NCBI GenBank assembly: GCA_904419295.1
Contig: CAJFRA010000004.1
Coordinates: 4,710-68,709 of the forward strand
DNA: 64,000 nucleotides
Reading direction: 5' to 3'
Source: Candidatus Pseudobutyricicoccus lothianensis
GTDB taxonomy: Bacteria; Bacillota; Clostridia; Oscillospirales; Butyricicoccaceae
Shown here piece by piece: positions 44,668 to 54,464 of this stretch (its first letter is position 1; each line of letters begins with the position of its first letter). The position numbers and the translations under genes are program-made. Under the pieces are notes generated by a model, which was not told the DNA's origin, searched no databases, and saw nothing but the letters and a program-made list of their open reading frames with translations.

Positions 44668-45719
44668 GTGAGATATTGAATCAGATCCCCGGGCCTTTGC
44701 TGCAATGGTATGACAGCAGGGCCCGGGTCCTGCCCTGGCGCAGCCAACCGACCCCCTACCGTGTATGGGTCTCTGAGATCATGCTGCAGCAGACTCGGGT
44801 GGAAGCCGCCCTTCCCTATTTTGACCGGTTTATGGCCGTCTTGCCGGATATCGCCGCTTTGGCACAGGCGCCGGAAACACAGCTCCTAAAATTGTGGGAG
44901 GGCCTGGGCTACTACAGCCGGGTACGCAACCTGCAAAAAGCCGCCCGCCAAGTGATGGAGCAATGGGGCGGCATGTTACCACAGAAGCTGGAGGACTTGA
45001 TGGCGCTGCCCGGCATCGGCGAATACTCCGCCGGCGCCATTGCTTCCATCGCCTACGGGCAACGCGTTCCTGCGGTAGACGGCAATGTATTACGCGTCGT
45101 TTCCCGGTTGTTGGCCAGCCGCGAAAATGTGATGGATCCCAAAGTCAAGCGTCAGCTGCGTCAGCAGGTGTGGGATATCATCCCTGCCCAGCGCCCCGGT
45201 GATTTCAACCAATCGCTGATGGAGCTGGGTGCCCTTGTCTGCCTGCCCAACGGCAAACCACTTTGTTCTGGCTGCCCGCTGGAAAACCTATGCCTGGGCA
45301 ACCGGCTCGCCATTGCCCAAGAGCTGCCAGTCAAGCCGCCAAAGAAAGCCCGGCGCGTGGTGCCGCGCACGGTATTTGTCCTTTGCAGCCAAGGCAGGCT
45401 GCTGCTGCACCGCCGGCCATCCCGTGGGCTGCTGGCCTCTTTGTGGGAGTTTCCCGGGCAAGACGGACACCTTTCCTTGGAGCAAGCTGCAGAAACTCTG
45501 GCCCAAGCAGGCATCCAGGTCTCCTCCATTGCTAGCCTGGGGGAACACACCCATATCTTCAGCCATGTGGAATGGCCCATGGTCTGCTATCAGGTGGAAT
45601 GCCTTCCCTTTCCGGCTGCAGAGGACTATGTTTGGTGTACACCGCAGCAACTGCAGGAACAGTACGCGCTGCCCTCGGCCTTCCGCCCCTTTGCCCAGTG
45701 GTTGCGCCTGACACCTTAA
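44664..45719 (+). CDS. mutY: A/G-specific adenine DNA glycosylase MutY
   Basis: LPWR..PTPYRVWVSEIMLQQTRV, the HhH-GPD segment LPGIGEYSAGAI, a 4-Cys iron-sulfur loop (C..C..C....C) and a NUDIX-like C-terminal domain. ATGA start/stop overlap with the upstream gene. Confidence 0.9.
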   Translation: MSEILNQIPGPLLQWYDSRARVLPWRSQPTPYRVWVSEIMLQQTRVEAALPYFDRFMAVLPDIAALAQAPETQLLKLWEGLGYYSRVRNLQKAARQVMEQWGGMLPQKLEDLMALPGIGEYSAGAIASIAYGQRVPAVDGNVLRVVSRLLASRENVMDPKVKRQLRQQVWDIIPAQRPGDFNQSLMELGALVCLPNGKPLCSGCPLENLCLGNRLAIAQELPVKPPKKARRVVPRTVFVLCSQGRLLLHRRPSRGLLASLWEFPGQDGHLSLEQAAETLAQAGIQVSSIASLGEHTHIFSHVEWPMVCYQVECLPFPAAEDYVWCTPQQLQEQYALPSAFRPFAQWLRLTP

Positions 45720-45740
45720 AAACTTTCCCCTATAACAATC

Positions 45741-45780
45741 AAAAGGTTCTCCTGCCCAGATGAGAAGGAGAACCTTTTTT
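45741..45780. terminator. Bidirectional terminator between convergent genes
   Basis: Perfect 13-bp stem AAAAGGTTCTCCT / AGGAGAACCTTTT, flanked by an A-run and a T-run. Confidence 0.85.
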
Positions 45781-45785
45781 CATCC

Positions 45786-46646
45786 CTATGATCTTCTGCT
45801 TTCGCCGGCCTGCCCATCCCTTATAAAAGGGTATTGGATCACATCGGACAGCAATGGGCCGTAAGCCTTTACCTTCCGGAACGTATTGCCCATCATCTCT
45901 TTCTCGCGATAAGCGCGGATCTGTGCCATATCAAAATCAGCAAAATAAAGCCCTTCTGTCATCTCATCGGCCAGCAGCAGCGTGTTGTCGACGCATATGC
46001 CATCTTCATTCCAGCAGATCGGACTGAATGCACAAGATCTGCCCGCATTTTGCCCATTGGGGTTTGCCATGGCGACTCCTACCATATTTTCATACGCACG
46101 GGTAGAAAGGGCTTGCACCCGGGGGACCATCGCGCCGCAGTCATTGGGCACTAAAATGATCTCAGCCCCTTGCAGCATCAAAATGCGCGCACTTTCCGGA
46201 TACTCCCTGTCGTAGCAGATCATAATTCCCAGCTGAACGCCGTGAAAATCGCAGACTTTGAAACCATCGCCGCTTTCCAAACACCGCTCATCCGCAAAAT
46301 CGCAGGTGTGCACTTTGGAATATTTCATCAAGACTCTGCCGTCTTTATCGATCACAAAGGCGGAGTTCTGCGGCTTTGTACGGCCTTTGGTAAATGCGGT
46401 GGCTACAAGGCCAATCCGCTGCTTTTTGGCCTCTTGGCACAATCGCCGGAGCCACGCTCCATCCTCTTCCAGCACTTTGTGATCATCCACCGGCAAGGTA
46501 TAACCGGTGGCAAAACATTCTGGCAGCAATACTATGTCGGCGCCTTCTTTGGCTGCAGCAGCCATCTGTGCGGCGATGGTCTCTAGATTTTTGCTCACTT
46601 CTCCGCTGACAGAACGCATCTGCAAGACAGCTACACGAAAATTCAT
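45786..46646 (-). CDS. Carbon-nitrogen hydrolase (nitrilase superfamily) protein
   Basis: VAVLQM...ADIVLLPECF (Glu), a K-containing segment and the ICYDREYPE (Cys) catalytic triad context. Confidence 0.85.
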   Translation of the reverse strand: MNFRVAVLQMRSVSGEVSKNLETIAAQMAAAAKEGADIVLLPECFATGYTLPVDDHKVLEEDGAWLRRLCQEAKKQRIGLVATAFTKGRTKPQNSAFVIDKDGRVLMKYSKVHTCDFADERCLESGDGFKVCDFHGVQLGIMICYDREYPESARILMLQGAEIILVPNDCGAMVPRVQALSTRAYENMVGVAMANPNGQNAGRSCAFSPICWNEDGICVDNTLLLADEMTEGLYFADFDMAQIRAYREKEMMGNTFRKVKAYGPLLSDVIQYPFIRDGQAGESRRS

Positions 46647-46667
46647 ATGACACCTCTTAGATACATG

Positions 46668-47951
46668 TCAATTTTCCGGTGGGGTCAAAATGCTGGAGAT
46701 CCCTTCGGGAATGACAGTCACCGTTCCTTCACGCCCCAGCAGCCGGTCAGCCATCGCCAATGCTTCCTCCATGGAATGAGCCGGTATCATGTGGAAATCC
46801 TTTACGATCTCATCTGGCGCATCGCTGACAAAAATCACTTTGCATTTCATCAGCACCCGGGCAAAGACTTGTGACTGCCACTGGTCGGCTACCGTCTCTT
46901 CTTGGGGCACGGCCAAAATCTGCTCCATGATGGCAGCGGCATCCCGGTTTTGGCGGAAGGTCTCATAAAACACATCGCCGCCAATGCCATCGGCACACTG
47001 GGCTGCCATGATGATCACCCCGCCCTCGTGGCAGGCCACTTCTGCAGTGGACATCCCTTTGACCGCTTGATAGATGTTCTGGTCCAACGGATAGCCGTTG
47101 TTGCTCGTCACCACAACATCCGCTGCGATGCTGGGGCTCTGGCACAAAGACGCCAAAAAGCGCGTGCCGGCCAAATGCGCCTGTTCACAATCGCCTGCAA
47201 AAGAGGCGATGGCCCTTTTCTTGGAGTCGATGACTGCATTGACGATGAACGCTAAGCTTGCTTTGCGGGCTGCCCATACCATATCCCGGTGGATGGGGTT
47301 CCCCTCCAAAATGCCGGCCCGTGCGTGGGGATCGTCGATAAAGGCGGAGCAGTGGTTGGCATACACGGTCTGGCGGGATGCCACACCGGGCAGCACACTT
47401 TTGCGGCCTCCGGAAAAACCGGCGAAAAAGTGGGGTTCGATGAACCCTTCCGCCACCAACAGATCTGCCTGGGCCGCCAAACGGTTGATATACAACTGCC
47501 CACCAGAAGGCAAAGTGCCCAGGTGTACCATATTGGCGTCATCTGCACAGTCGTGTACTACGATCTTCTCCCGTGCTGCGATCTCAGGGCCGAATTTTTC
47601 TTCCAGCTCCTGGGGTGTGGTGCCCCGGTGGCAGCCTGTGGCGATGAGAAGCGTGATCTGAGCCTGAGGATTTCCCCGGCGGATGGCGGCTAGCATCTGA
47701 GGCACGATTGCGCAGCTGGGCACGGGCCGGGTGTGGTCACTGCACAGCAGCACCACGTTTTCTTTCCCCTTGGCCAGCTCTTCCAGTCTGGGTGTGCCAA
47801 TGGGCTCTTCCATCGAGCGTGCCACCAATTCTTCCGGCGTGCCTTGGGGCACATAGGTATCCAGCCGGCTCTCAATGATGCCGGCCAGCCGCTCTTCTGG
47901 CAAATTGAAACACAGATGCCCTCTGCCATAGGGCAGTTGAATGGATGTCAT
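46668..47951 (-). CDS. larA: Nickel-pincer-dependent 2-hydroxyacid racemase/epimerase family protein (LarA homolog)
   Basis: 427 aa. IQLPYGRG...LLCSDHTRPVP...GFIEPHFFAGFSGGRKS..PG is typical of the LarA N-terminal domain (DUF2088). Confidence 0.8.
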   Translation of the reverse strand: MTSIQLPYGRGHLCFNLPEERLAGIIESRLDTYVPQGTPEELVARSMEEPIGTPRLEELAKGKENVVLLCSDHTRPVPSCAIVPQMLAAIRRGNPQAQITLLIATGCHRGTTPQELEEKFGPEIAAREKIVVHDCADDANMVHLGTLPSGGQLYINRLAAQADLLVAEGFIEPHFFAGFSGGRKSVLPGVASRQTVYANHCSAFIDDPHARAGILEGNPIHRDMVWAARKASLAFIVNAVIDSKKRAIASFAGDCEQAHLAGTRFLASLCQSPSIAADVVVTSNNGYPLDQNIYQAVKGMSTAEVACHEGGVIIMAAQCADGIGGDVFYETFRQNRDAAAIMEQILAVPQEETVADQWQSQVFARVLMKCKVIFVSDAPDEIVKDFHMIPAHSMEEALAMADRLLGREGTVTVIPEGISSILTPPEN

Positions 47952-47976
47952 GGCATTTCCTCCTCTCCAGCCAATA

Positions 47977-48621
47977 TCAGCCCGGCTGGTCTTCTGCTAA
48001 ATCAAAACGCAGCGGCTCGGGCAAATGGCTTTGGTCATTGATATACACAACGCGCGGCAGCCCCGCCCCTTCGTATTCAAATTTGCTGACTGCCGTATTG
48101 CCCACAATACACCGCTCCATTTGTTCATAGGGGCGGCCTTGGGCTTTGTTCAAATAGGTCTGTATGGTGAACCCATGGGAGACGACCGCTACAGTCCCTC
48201 CTGGGTTTTCCCCAACGATCTGGTCGATGGCTCTCTCCATCCGTTCATAGACCTGGCGGGTGCTTTCGCCGCCTGGCGCTTGGAAATGAGACACATCATT
48301 CTCAAATTGGCGAATGGCTTCTGGGAATTGCCCCCACCCGCTCTTAGATTGTCCTTCCAGCTGACCCAGGTCGATCTCATTGAGTGCAGGCAGAATGGTA
48401 CAAGGGGCCCCGGTCTGACCGCACAGCAGTTGGGCGGTCTGGCGCGCCCGCTGCAGGGCCGACACATAGACCCGGTCTAAATGGACGCCAGCAAAGCGTT
48501 GGGCCAGCAAACGGGCCTGCTCCATGCCCCGTTCGTTCAGAGAAGTATCCAGTTTCCCCTGGAATATACCGGCCAAATTGCTGTCGGTGGTGCCGTGGCG
48601 GATCAGATACAGCGTGGTCAT
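47977..48621 (-). CDS. Histidine phosphatase family protein (phosphoglycerate mutase-like)
   Basis: LYLIRHGTTDSN catalytic RHG motif, and VSHG later in the sequence. Confidence 0.85.
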   Translation of the reverse strand: MTTLYLIRHGTTDSNLAGIFQGKLDTSLNERGMEQARLLAQRFAGVHLDRVYVSALQRARQTAQLLCGQTGAPCTILPALNEIDLGQLEGQSKSGWGQFPEAIRQFENDVSHFQAPGGESTRQVYERMERAIDQIVGENPGGTVAVVSHGFTIQTYLNKAQGRPYEQMERCIVGNTAVSKFEYEGAGLPRVVYINDQSHLPEPLRFDLAEDQPG

Positions 48622-48636
48622 CCAAAGCGCCCCCCT

Positions 48637-49512
48637 TTAAATGCGGGCGCGACCAAAGCAGAAGATAGCCAGTGTGCCCGGCCCCGCATGGGTGCCAATG
48701 ATGGGCGTCAAGTAGCGTATCTCCACATCGCGCGGTTTGATCTGCTCACGGACCATCTGTTCCAGCATTTGGGCATCTGCCAGGCAATCGGCATGAGCGA
48801 TGTAGATCACCTGGTCTTCGGCGTCGAGAATGTATTCTTTTGTCAGGCGGCACAGTTCTTCCACCGCTTGGCGGCGGCCCCGCACCTTGGCCAGCGGGGT
48901 CAGCTTTCCCTCTGCACTCAGATACATCACAGGCTTGATGCCAACCAGTGTGCCGAAAAAAGCGCTGCCTCTGGAAAGGCGGCCGCCCCGATACAGGTGA
49001 TTCAAATCGTCTACAGTAAAGAAATGGCAGGCCGTTTGCTTCAGCTTTTCCAGTTCCTCCATCAACTCATCCAAAGGCATGCCAGCCTGCTGCAGCCGCA
49101 CCGCTTCCATGACGATGATCCCCTGCCCCATCGAAGCAGCACCGGTATCAAAAGAAAGCACGCGGCGGCCCGGGTATTTCTCCATCAATTCTTTGGCGAT
49201 CATTTGCGATGTGCCAAATGTCCCACTCATATTGGCCGCAAACCCGATGTAAAGTACATCCAACCCCTGCTGCAGAGCAGGTTCATAGGCATTCAAAAAT
49301 GTGGGCATATCCACCTGGGTCGTGGTAGGCATCAAGCCGCTGCGCACCCGTGCATAGAACTCTTGGGGCGGCACTGTCTTGCCAAAGTCGTCTTTGATCT
49401 CTTTTCCATCGATCACCAACCCGTGGGCCAGCCATCCCACTTGGTTCTCCTCCATCCACTGGGGCGTCAGGTCTGTTGTGGTATCTGTAAAGATCTGATA
49501 GGTCCGTTCCAT
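48637..49512 (-). CDS. DegV family fatty-acid-binding protein
   Basis: YQIFTDTTTDL...TTQV...SGTFGTSQ... pattern and a length of 291 aa. Confidence 0.9.
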   Translation of the reverse strand: MERTYQIFTDTTTDLTPQWMEENQVGWLAHGLVIDGKEIKDDFGKTVPPQEFYARVRSGLMPTTTQVDMPTFLNAYEPALQQGLDVLYIGFAANMSGTFGTSQMIAKELMEKYPGRRVLSFDTGAASMGQGIIVMEAVRLQQAGMPLDELMEELEKLKQTACHFFTVDDLNHLYRGGRLSRGSAFFGTLVGIKPVMYLSAEGKLTPLAKVRGRRQAVEELCRLTKEYILDAEDQVIYIAHADCLADAQMLEQMVREQIKPRDVEIRYLTPIIGTHAGPGTLAIFCFGRARI

Positions 49513-49641
49513 GGTCGATCCCTCCGCAAAGGCGCAGGCGCGCCGGTATTTTCTTCTGGGGCGCCTCCCGCTGCCAGGATACTCTGAAGAGAGGCCTTGC
49601 CCGTTTGTCTCTCAATTGGTGCTATTATAACACATTTGCCT

Positions 49642-50670
49642 TCAAACGTCGAGCTTCATATAGCCGTCTTTCACCCAGCCGACCCGGCGCAACAGCTGGT
49701 TGACGCCCAGCGCCGTGACGGCGGGCAGCAAAAAGTGGACCAGACCAATGAGCAGAAACGTGTGAGGCGTTGCTCCCATGGTGCTCAGCGTGGTGAACTG
49801 CCCCACGAGCCCGCTGGTCCCCATGCCAGCGCCAGCCGCGTTATTCGTCATACCAAACAGTGCTGCGCTCACGACCCCGCCCAAAGCGCTTGCCACTGTG
49901 GGCGCAATCCAGATCTGGGGATGGCGCAGTATGTTGGGCACTTGAAGCATGGAAGTCCCGATCCCTTGGCTCAGCAGGCCGCTGACTCCATTTTCCCGGA
50001 AGGACATGACGGCAAACCCGACCATTTGGGCGCAGCAGCCTGCTGTGGCAGCGCCGGCGGCCAGGCCGGAAAGCCCCATCATAATACACAGGGCCGCCGA
50101 ACTGATGGGCAAAGTGAGGACCATGCCCACCACGGCGCCTACGACGAGGCCCATCGGCACAGGCTGCAAAGCAGTGGCTTCATTGATCAGCGCACCCAGC
50201 CAATGCATGAAGCTCTGCACATAAGGCCCTACAAAATTGCCCGCCAATCCCCCTGCTACGATCGTGACGATGGGGGTTATTATAATGTCCACCGGTGTGC
50301 GTTTAGAGACCAGCTGACCAATTTCAGCTCCTACCGCAGCGCCAAGAAAAGCACCGACCGGGCCGCCGTTGCCTCCCCCTGCCGCATAACCGATGGCACC
50401 GCAGCACCCGGCTGAAAACATCACCAAAGGGTCTGCCCCCAAGCCATGGCCCACCGCCACGCCAATGATGGCGCCCACCACGGGCGAGCTAGCCCCCAAT
50501 ACCCCTGTCAGCGGTTCTAAAAATGAAAGAGGCTCAAAGCGGGCCAATTGAGAAAGGATCAACCCGATGATCAAAGAGGAGAACAGCCCCAATGCCATGG
50601 CGCTGAGGGCTTGTACACAATACCGCTGGAATATGCGACCCAAGATCGTTTCATTTTTTTTGGAGGCCAT
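49642..50670 (-). CDS. PTS EIIC-like polytopic membrane protein
   Basis: Gly-rich protein with about 10 TM segments. The N-terminus ...QALSAMALGLFSSLIIGLIL resembles the family annotated as PTS sugar transporter subunit IIC. Start at ATG 50670. Confidence 0.55.
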   Translation of the reverse strand: MASKKNETILGRIFQRYCVQALSAMALGLFSSLIIGLILSQLARFEPLSFLEPLTGVLGASSPVVGAIIGVAVGHGLGADPLVMFSAGCCGAIGYAAGGGNGGPVGAFLGAAVGAEIGQLVSKRTPVDIIITPIVTIVAGGLAGNFVGPYVQSFMHWLGALINEATALQPVPMGLVVGAVVGMVLTLPISSAALCIMMGLSGLAAGAATAGCCAQMVGFAVMSFRENGVSGLLSQGIGTSMLQVPNILRHPQIWIAPTVASALGGVVSAALFGMTNNAAGAGMGTSGLVGQFTTLSTMGATPHTFLLIGLVHFLLPAVTALGVNQLLRRVGWVKDGYMKLDV

Positions 50671-50929
50671 GATAGGTCCCGCCTTTCCGAAAGAAATACA
50701 AAAAATCACTTCCCTGCGCTGCCATAAGAGCGGTCCGGGAATCCTTGCCCATCATACCATACCTGACTGCCTGTTTCAAAGGGATTCTCCCGGAAAAAAC
50801 CGGTTTTTCCCCTCCTATGACTTTCTTTTTCTCGCATTTGTGGTATGATGGTATCAGTTGCCCGCCGGCGACCCGGGAGGGGGCGCCGCCCAAAGCGGGA
50901 CATACCCTGCCACAGTGAAAGGAGAGCTC

Positions 50930-53896
50930 ATGAAAACACGCAAAAAACGATGGATCGCCCTCTTGTGCGCCTTGTGCCTGGCGTCTTCTACCCTGCCAGT
51001 ACAGGCTGCCGCAAGCGGGTCCTATTCCGATTCTTATGACATCGCCAATGGGCTGCGCTATACCACTGCTTCCTCGGAAAGCGGTGGGGTGCGGCAGCAG
51101 TCCTTCCGTCTGGAATATACGCCGGGCAAAGATGTGATGCCCATCGTGGCCTATGGCAGCAAACTGTACGGAAAATCCGACATCAATGAAATCATCGACT
51201 ATGTGCAGCAGCAGGGACAAAGCGTCTATGGCGCGGCCAATGCCGATTTCTTTGTCCTTTCCACTGGCCTGCCTTCGGGCCTTGTGGTGAATGACGGCCG
51301 CTTAGTCAGTTCCGACGGCATGTGGAATGCCGTGGGCGTCAAACCCGATGGAAAAGTGATCGTAGGGGCTCCCCAAATGGCCATGAGCCTTTATTCGGCC
51401 AACACAGGCGATTACCCCATTTATGCGCTGAACAAGCAACGCACCGATGCGGGCATCTATCTGCTCAACAGCGATTTTTCCAGTGAGACCCGCAGCACCG
51501 GTACAGGTGTTACTGTCGTGCTCACTCCGGTAGATGACAGCGACCTCAAGATCGGCCAAGACAAACAATTTACTGTCACTGCGGTCAACACCGATGTCTC
51601 TGGCTCCACCCCCATTGCAGAAGGCCAATATATCCTCACATCTTCCAACGCCTATAACAACCGGGGCTATACCATCACATCCCTGCAAGTGGGCGAAACT
51701 GTGACATTCCGTGCAAACGTCTACAACGAATCGTTCCAAGATGTGATCTACGCCTGTGGCGCTGGCGATATGGTGATGAAAGATGGCGTCATCCAGTCGG
51801 GCCTTTCCTCCGCTTCGGACCCGCGCACTCTGCTGGGTGTGCGGGACGACGGCAGTTGTGTGGCTTTGGTCCACGACGGCCGTCTGGAGATCAGTGAAGG
51901 GATCTCCCTGCGTGAAGGTGCTCAGCTGCTGGCCAACCAGGGCTGCACCAATGTAGTAAACCTAGATGGAGGCGGTTCTTCGGCAGAGGCCATTCGTCAA
52001 CCCGGCTCCCAGGAGACCGAGGTCGTCAATACACCGTCCGATGGCTCCCTTCGCAAATGCGCCAACTACATCCTTTTTGTAAACACTGCCCAGAAGACCG
52101 GCGAAGAGAGCGGCGCATTCGTCACGCCCCACAGTGTTGCCACGCTGAAAGGGGCTCAGATCACGTTAGGCGCCGACACCTTCGACCAACATTATTACCC
52201 CGTCTCTTCCTATAGTTCCGGCTTCCGAGTCACCTCTCCCAGCGACCAAGCCATCAGCGGCAATGTATTCACTGCGCCAGATACGGCAGGGGAATATCTC
52301 ATTTCGTTGGATCATCCCACAGCCACATCCATACCGGCTGAGATCACCGTCTATTCCGAGCCGGATCGCGTGTTGGTGCGCAGCAATGGGAAGGATGTAT
52401 CCTCCCTTACGATGGACCCAGGTGAATCCATCGATCTGGATCTCGACGCTTATGCCGAATCCCGCATTCTTTATGAAACCGATGAGCTGTTCCAGTGGAG
52501 CGTCACCAATAATGTAGGTACCATCACCCAATCCGGTGTGTTCACCGCTTCTGGCACATCGGGCGCCTCTGGCGAAATCGTGATCCGTCACAATGGCTGG
52601 AGCACCTCGATCCCCGTCACAGTTGGCCAGATGCCTGCTGTGTTGGATCAGTTTGAAGGCAATCCCAAGTACATCGTCACTTCCGATCACAGTGCTGTCA
52701 CCGGCACTGCCCAGGTAACACACTCGCTGGATCATGTGCGCTATGGTTCAGGCGCGCTGGAGCTGACCTATACAGGCGGCTCTTCCCTTTCTGATTCTGG
52801 CGCCATCGTATACACGGCCAATGTACCTCTCAAGTGTTCCGGCGCCGACAGCTTGACCTTCTTTGCCAAAGGCGATCCGGCGAAAGCCTTGTACATCAAC
52901 TTCTCCATGCGCGACGGCTCCACAGAGCAGCGGGCATTCAACGCCGGTGAGAACTGGAGCTTGGTTACCGTCAGCGTTCCGTCTGGTGCGGTGGCAGTCG
53001 AAAGCTTCAGCGCTTCCATCTCCAAAGGTGCGCAAGGTTCGGTGTACATCGACCAAATCTATGCCCACTACAATGATGCCCAGCCCGATACTACACCGCC
53101 TGCCATTGCCATCACCACTGGGGAAGACAACAGTTTAACCGCCACCATTACAGACAGTTCCGCTTTCCCGCTGGAAAGCAGCAAAATTTCGGTCCAGTAT
53201 GATGGCGAAGCAGTGAGCTTCCTCTATGACGACCAGACTGGCACCCTGACGGCTTCTTTGCCTGATGGAAGCGAAGGCCTGCACCGGCTGACCATTGAAG
53301 CGCAAGATTGGGCCGGCAACATCGCCCGGCAAAGCCAGGATCTAGGCAGTGCCGGCACTACGGTGTTTGAGGATATGGCAGACCACTGGGCCCGGGATTA
53401 TGCCGAATTCTTACGGAATAAAAATGTGTTTTCCACGGATACCAATTTTATGCCGGACACTTACACGACAAACGAGATGGCAGCAACGCTGATCTCCCGT
53501 TACCTGGGGTTGGATACCTCCCAATACACCTCTGTAGAGCTGCCTTATGGCGATGCATCGCAGATCTCCGATTGGGCGCTCCCCCATGTGAAGGCGCTGT
53601 ACCAAGAGGGCATCATGATCGGTACTACGGTCAACGGCAAGTCTGTCTTCCAACCGGGCAACGCGGTAAGCCGTGCCCAGGTAATGACTTTGCTGGGGCG
53701 CACTTTGGTGCGGGGATATGACTATCAGCCCGCCTCCTACACCGATATGGATACGGTACCAGCTTGGGCTCGAGACCATATTGACCTATTGTCCTCCCTC
53801 GGCATCGTCAACGGCTATAGCGGTACGACTGATATCCGGCCGCTGAGCTCGATCACCCGGGGCGAGTTTGCTTCCCTGCTTTATAAACTGTATTGA
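50930..53896 (+). CDS. Secreted phosphodiester glycosidase (NAGPA/DUF2233) domain protein with Ig-like repeats and three C-terminal SLH domains
   Basis: Signal peptide MKTRKKRWIALLCALCLASSTLPVQA. ANADFF...NLDGGGSS glycosidase core. SLH motifs at FEDMADHWARDYAEFL, YGDASQISDWALPHVKAL and YTDMDTVPAWARDHIDLL. Confidence 0.85.
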   Translation: MKTRKKRWIALLCALCLASSTLPVQAAASGSYSDSYDIANGLRYTTASSESGGVRQQSFRLEYTPGKDVMPIVAYGSKLYGKSDINEIIDYVQQQGQSVYGAANADFFVLSTGLPSGLVVNDGRLVSSDGMWNAVGVKPDGKVIVGAPQMAMSLYSANTGDYPIYALNKQRTDAGIYLLNSDFSSETRSTGTGVTVVLTPVDDSDLKIGQDKQFTVTAVNTDVSGSTPIAEGQYILTSSNAYNNRGYTITSLQVGETVTFRANVYNESFQDVIYACGAGDMVMKDGVIQSGLSSASDPRTLLGVRDDGSCVALVHDGRLEISEGISLREGAQLLANQGCTNVVNLDGGGSSAEAIRQPGSQETEVVNTPSDGSLRKCANYILFVNTAQKTGEESGAFVTPHSVATLKGAQITLGADTFDQHYYPVSSYSSGFRVTSPSDQAISGNVFTAPDTAGEYLISLDHPTATSIPAEITVYSEPDRVLVRSNGKDVSSLTMDPGESIDLDLDAYAESRILYETDELFQWSVTNNVGTITQSGVFTASGTSGASGEIVIRHNGWSTSIPVTVGQMPAVLDQFEGNPKYIVTSDHSAVTGTAQVTHSLDHVRYGSGALELTYTGGSSLSDSGAIVYTANVPLKCSGADSLTFFAKGDPAKALYINFSMRDGSTEQRAFNAGENWSLVTVSVPSGAVAVESFSASISKGAQGSVYIDQIYAHYNDAQPDTTPPAIAITTGEDNSLTATITDSSAFPLESSKISVQYDGEAVSFLYDDQTGTLTASLPDGSEGLHRLTIEAQDWAGNIARQSQDLGSAGTTVFEDMADHWARDYAEFLRNKNVFSTDTNFMPDTYTTNEMAATLISRYLGLDTSQYTSVELPYGDASQISDWALPHVKALYQEGIMIGTTVNGKSVFQPGNAVSRAQVMTLLGRTLVRGYDYQPASYTDMDTVPAWARDHIDLLSSLGIVNGYSGTTDIRPLSSITRGEFASLLYKLY

Positions 53897-53907
53897 TCCT
53901 TGTCAAA

Positions 53908-53946
53908 AGCAGGGGCGCAGCCGATGGCTGCGCCCCTGCTGATTTT
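53908..53946 (+). terminator. Rho-independent terminator
   Basis: 15-bp stem AGCAGGGGCGCAGCC / GGCTGCGCCCCTGCT followed by GATTTT. Confidence 0.8.
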
Positions 53947-53960
53947 CCGCTACTGGTCTT

Positions 53961-53994
53961 CACACAAAAGAAAGCGACATACTTTATGTCGCTT
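53961..53994 (-). terminator. Rho-independent terminator for the 54069..54404 gene
   Basis: On the minus strand, AAGCGACAT-AAAGT-ATGTCGCTT followed by TCTTTTGTGTG. Confidence 0.6.
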
Positions 53995-54068
53995 CGTCAC
54001 TCTACCTCATTCTCTCTACTTCTTTTCAATTTAGCAGTCCATCTATCTCCCCTGTTGACACTGAGTTT

Positions 54069-54404
54069 TTATTGTGCCGGTGTTTGATACAGGGCGGTAC
54101 CGCAATGGGGGCAGCGGCTGTTTTCCGTGTTCTCCTCTTGCCACAGTGGCAGCATCCGCCCGCATACTGGACAGCGCAGGCTATGCCATGCCACACAAAG
54201 ACCCGTGCCCATCAAGCCAATGCCAATGCCCATAAAAAAGTAGGATGCCCGCCAAAGCGACTGTCCTCCCAGTGCTACTAAAACTATGCATAGCCCCAGC
54301 AGCATACAGGCGTTGATCCATTTTTTCACTTTTTTCTGTTTCACCTTTTTCACCTCGCCTTCAGCATAAGGCGGGTGCGTAAAAGAATGCGGGTCGCAGT
54401 GCAA
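54069..54404 (-). CDS. Small membrane protein with a C-terminal zinc-ribbon (CPVC...CPHC)
   Basis: Two TM segments followed by CPVCGRML...CPHCGTAL. The true start may be the internal GTG at 54344, preceded by GAGG. Confidence 0.45.
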   Translation of the reverse strand: MHCDPHSFTHPPYAEGEVKKVKQKKVKKWINACMLLGLCIVLVALGGQSLWRASYFFMGIGIGLMGTGLCVAWHSLRCPVCGRMLPLWQEENTENSRCPHCGTALYQTPAQ

Positions 54405-54409
54405 AGCTC

Positions 54410-54447
54410 AGGTAAAATTTGAAAGCCGCAGGAGATCCCTGCGGCTC
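54410..54447 (-). terminator. Rho-independent terminator after the lipoprotein gene
   Basis: On the minus strand, AGCCGCAGG-GATCT-CCTGCGGCT followed by TTCAAATTTTA. Confidence 0.65.
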
Positions 54448-54464
54448 ACTTGTCTCCGTATTCT

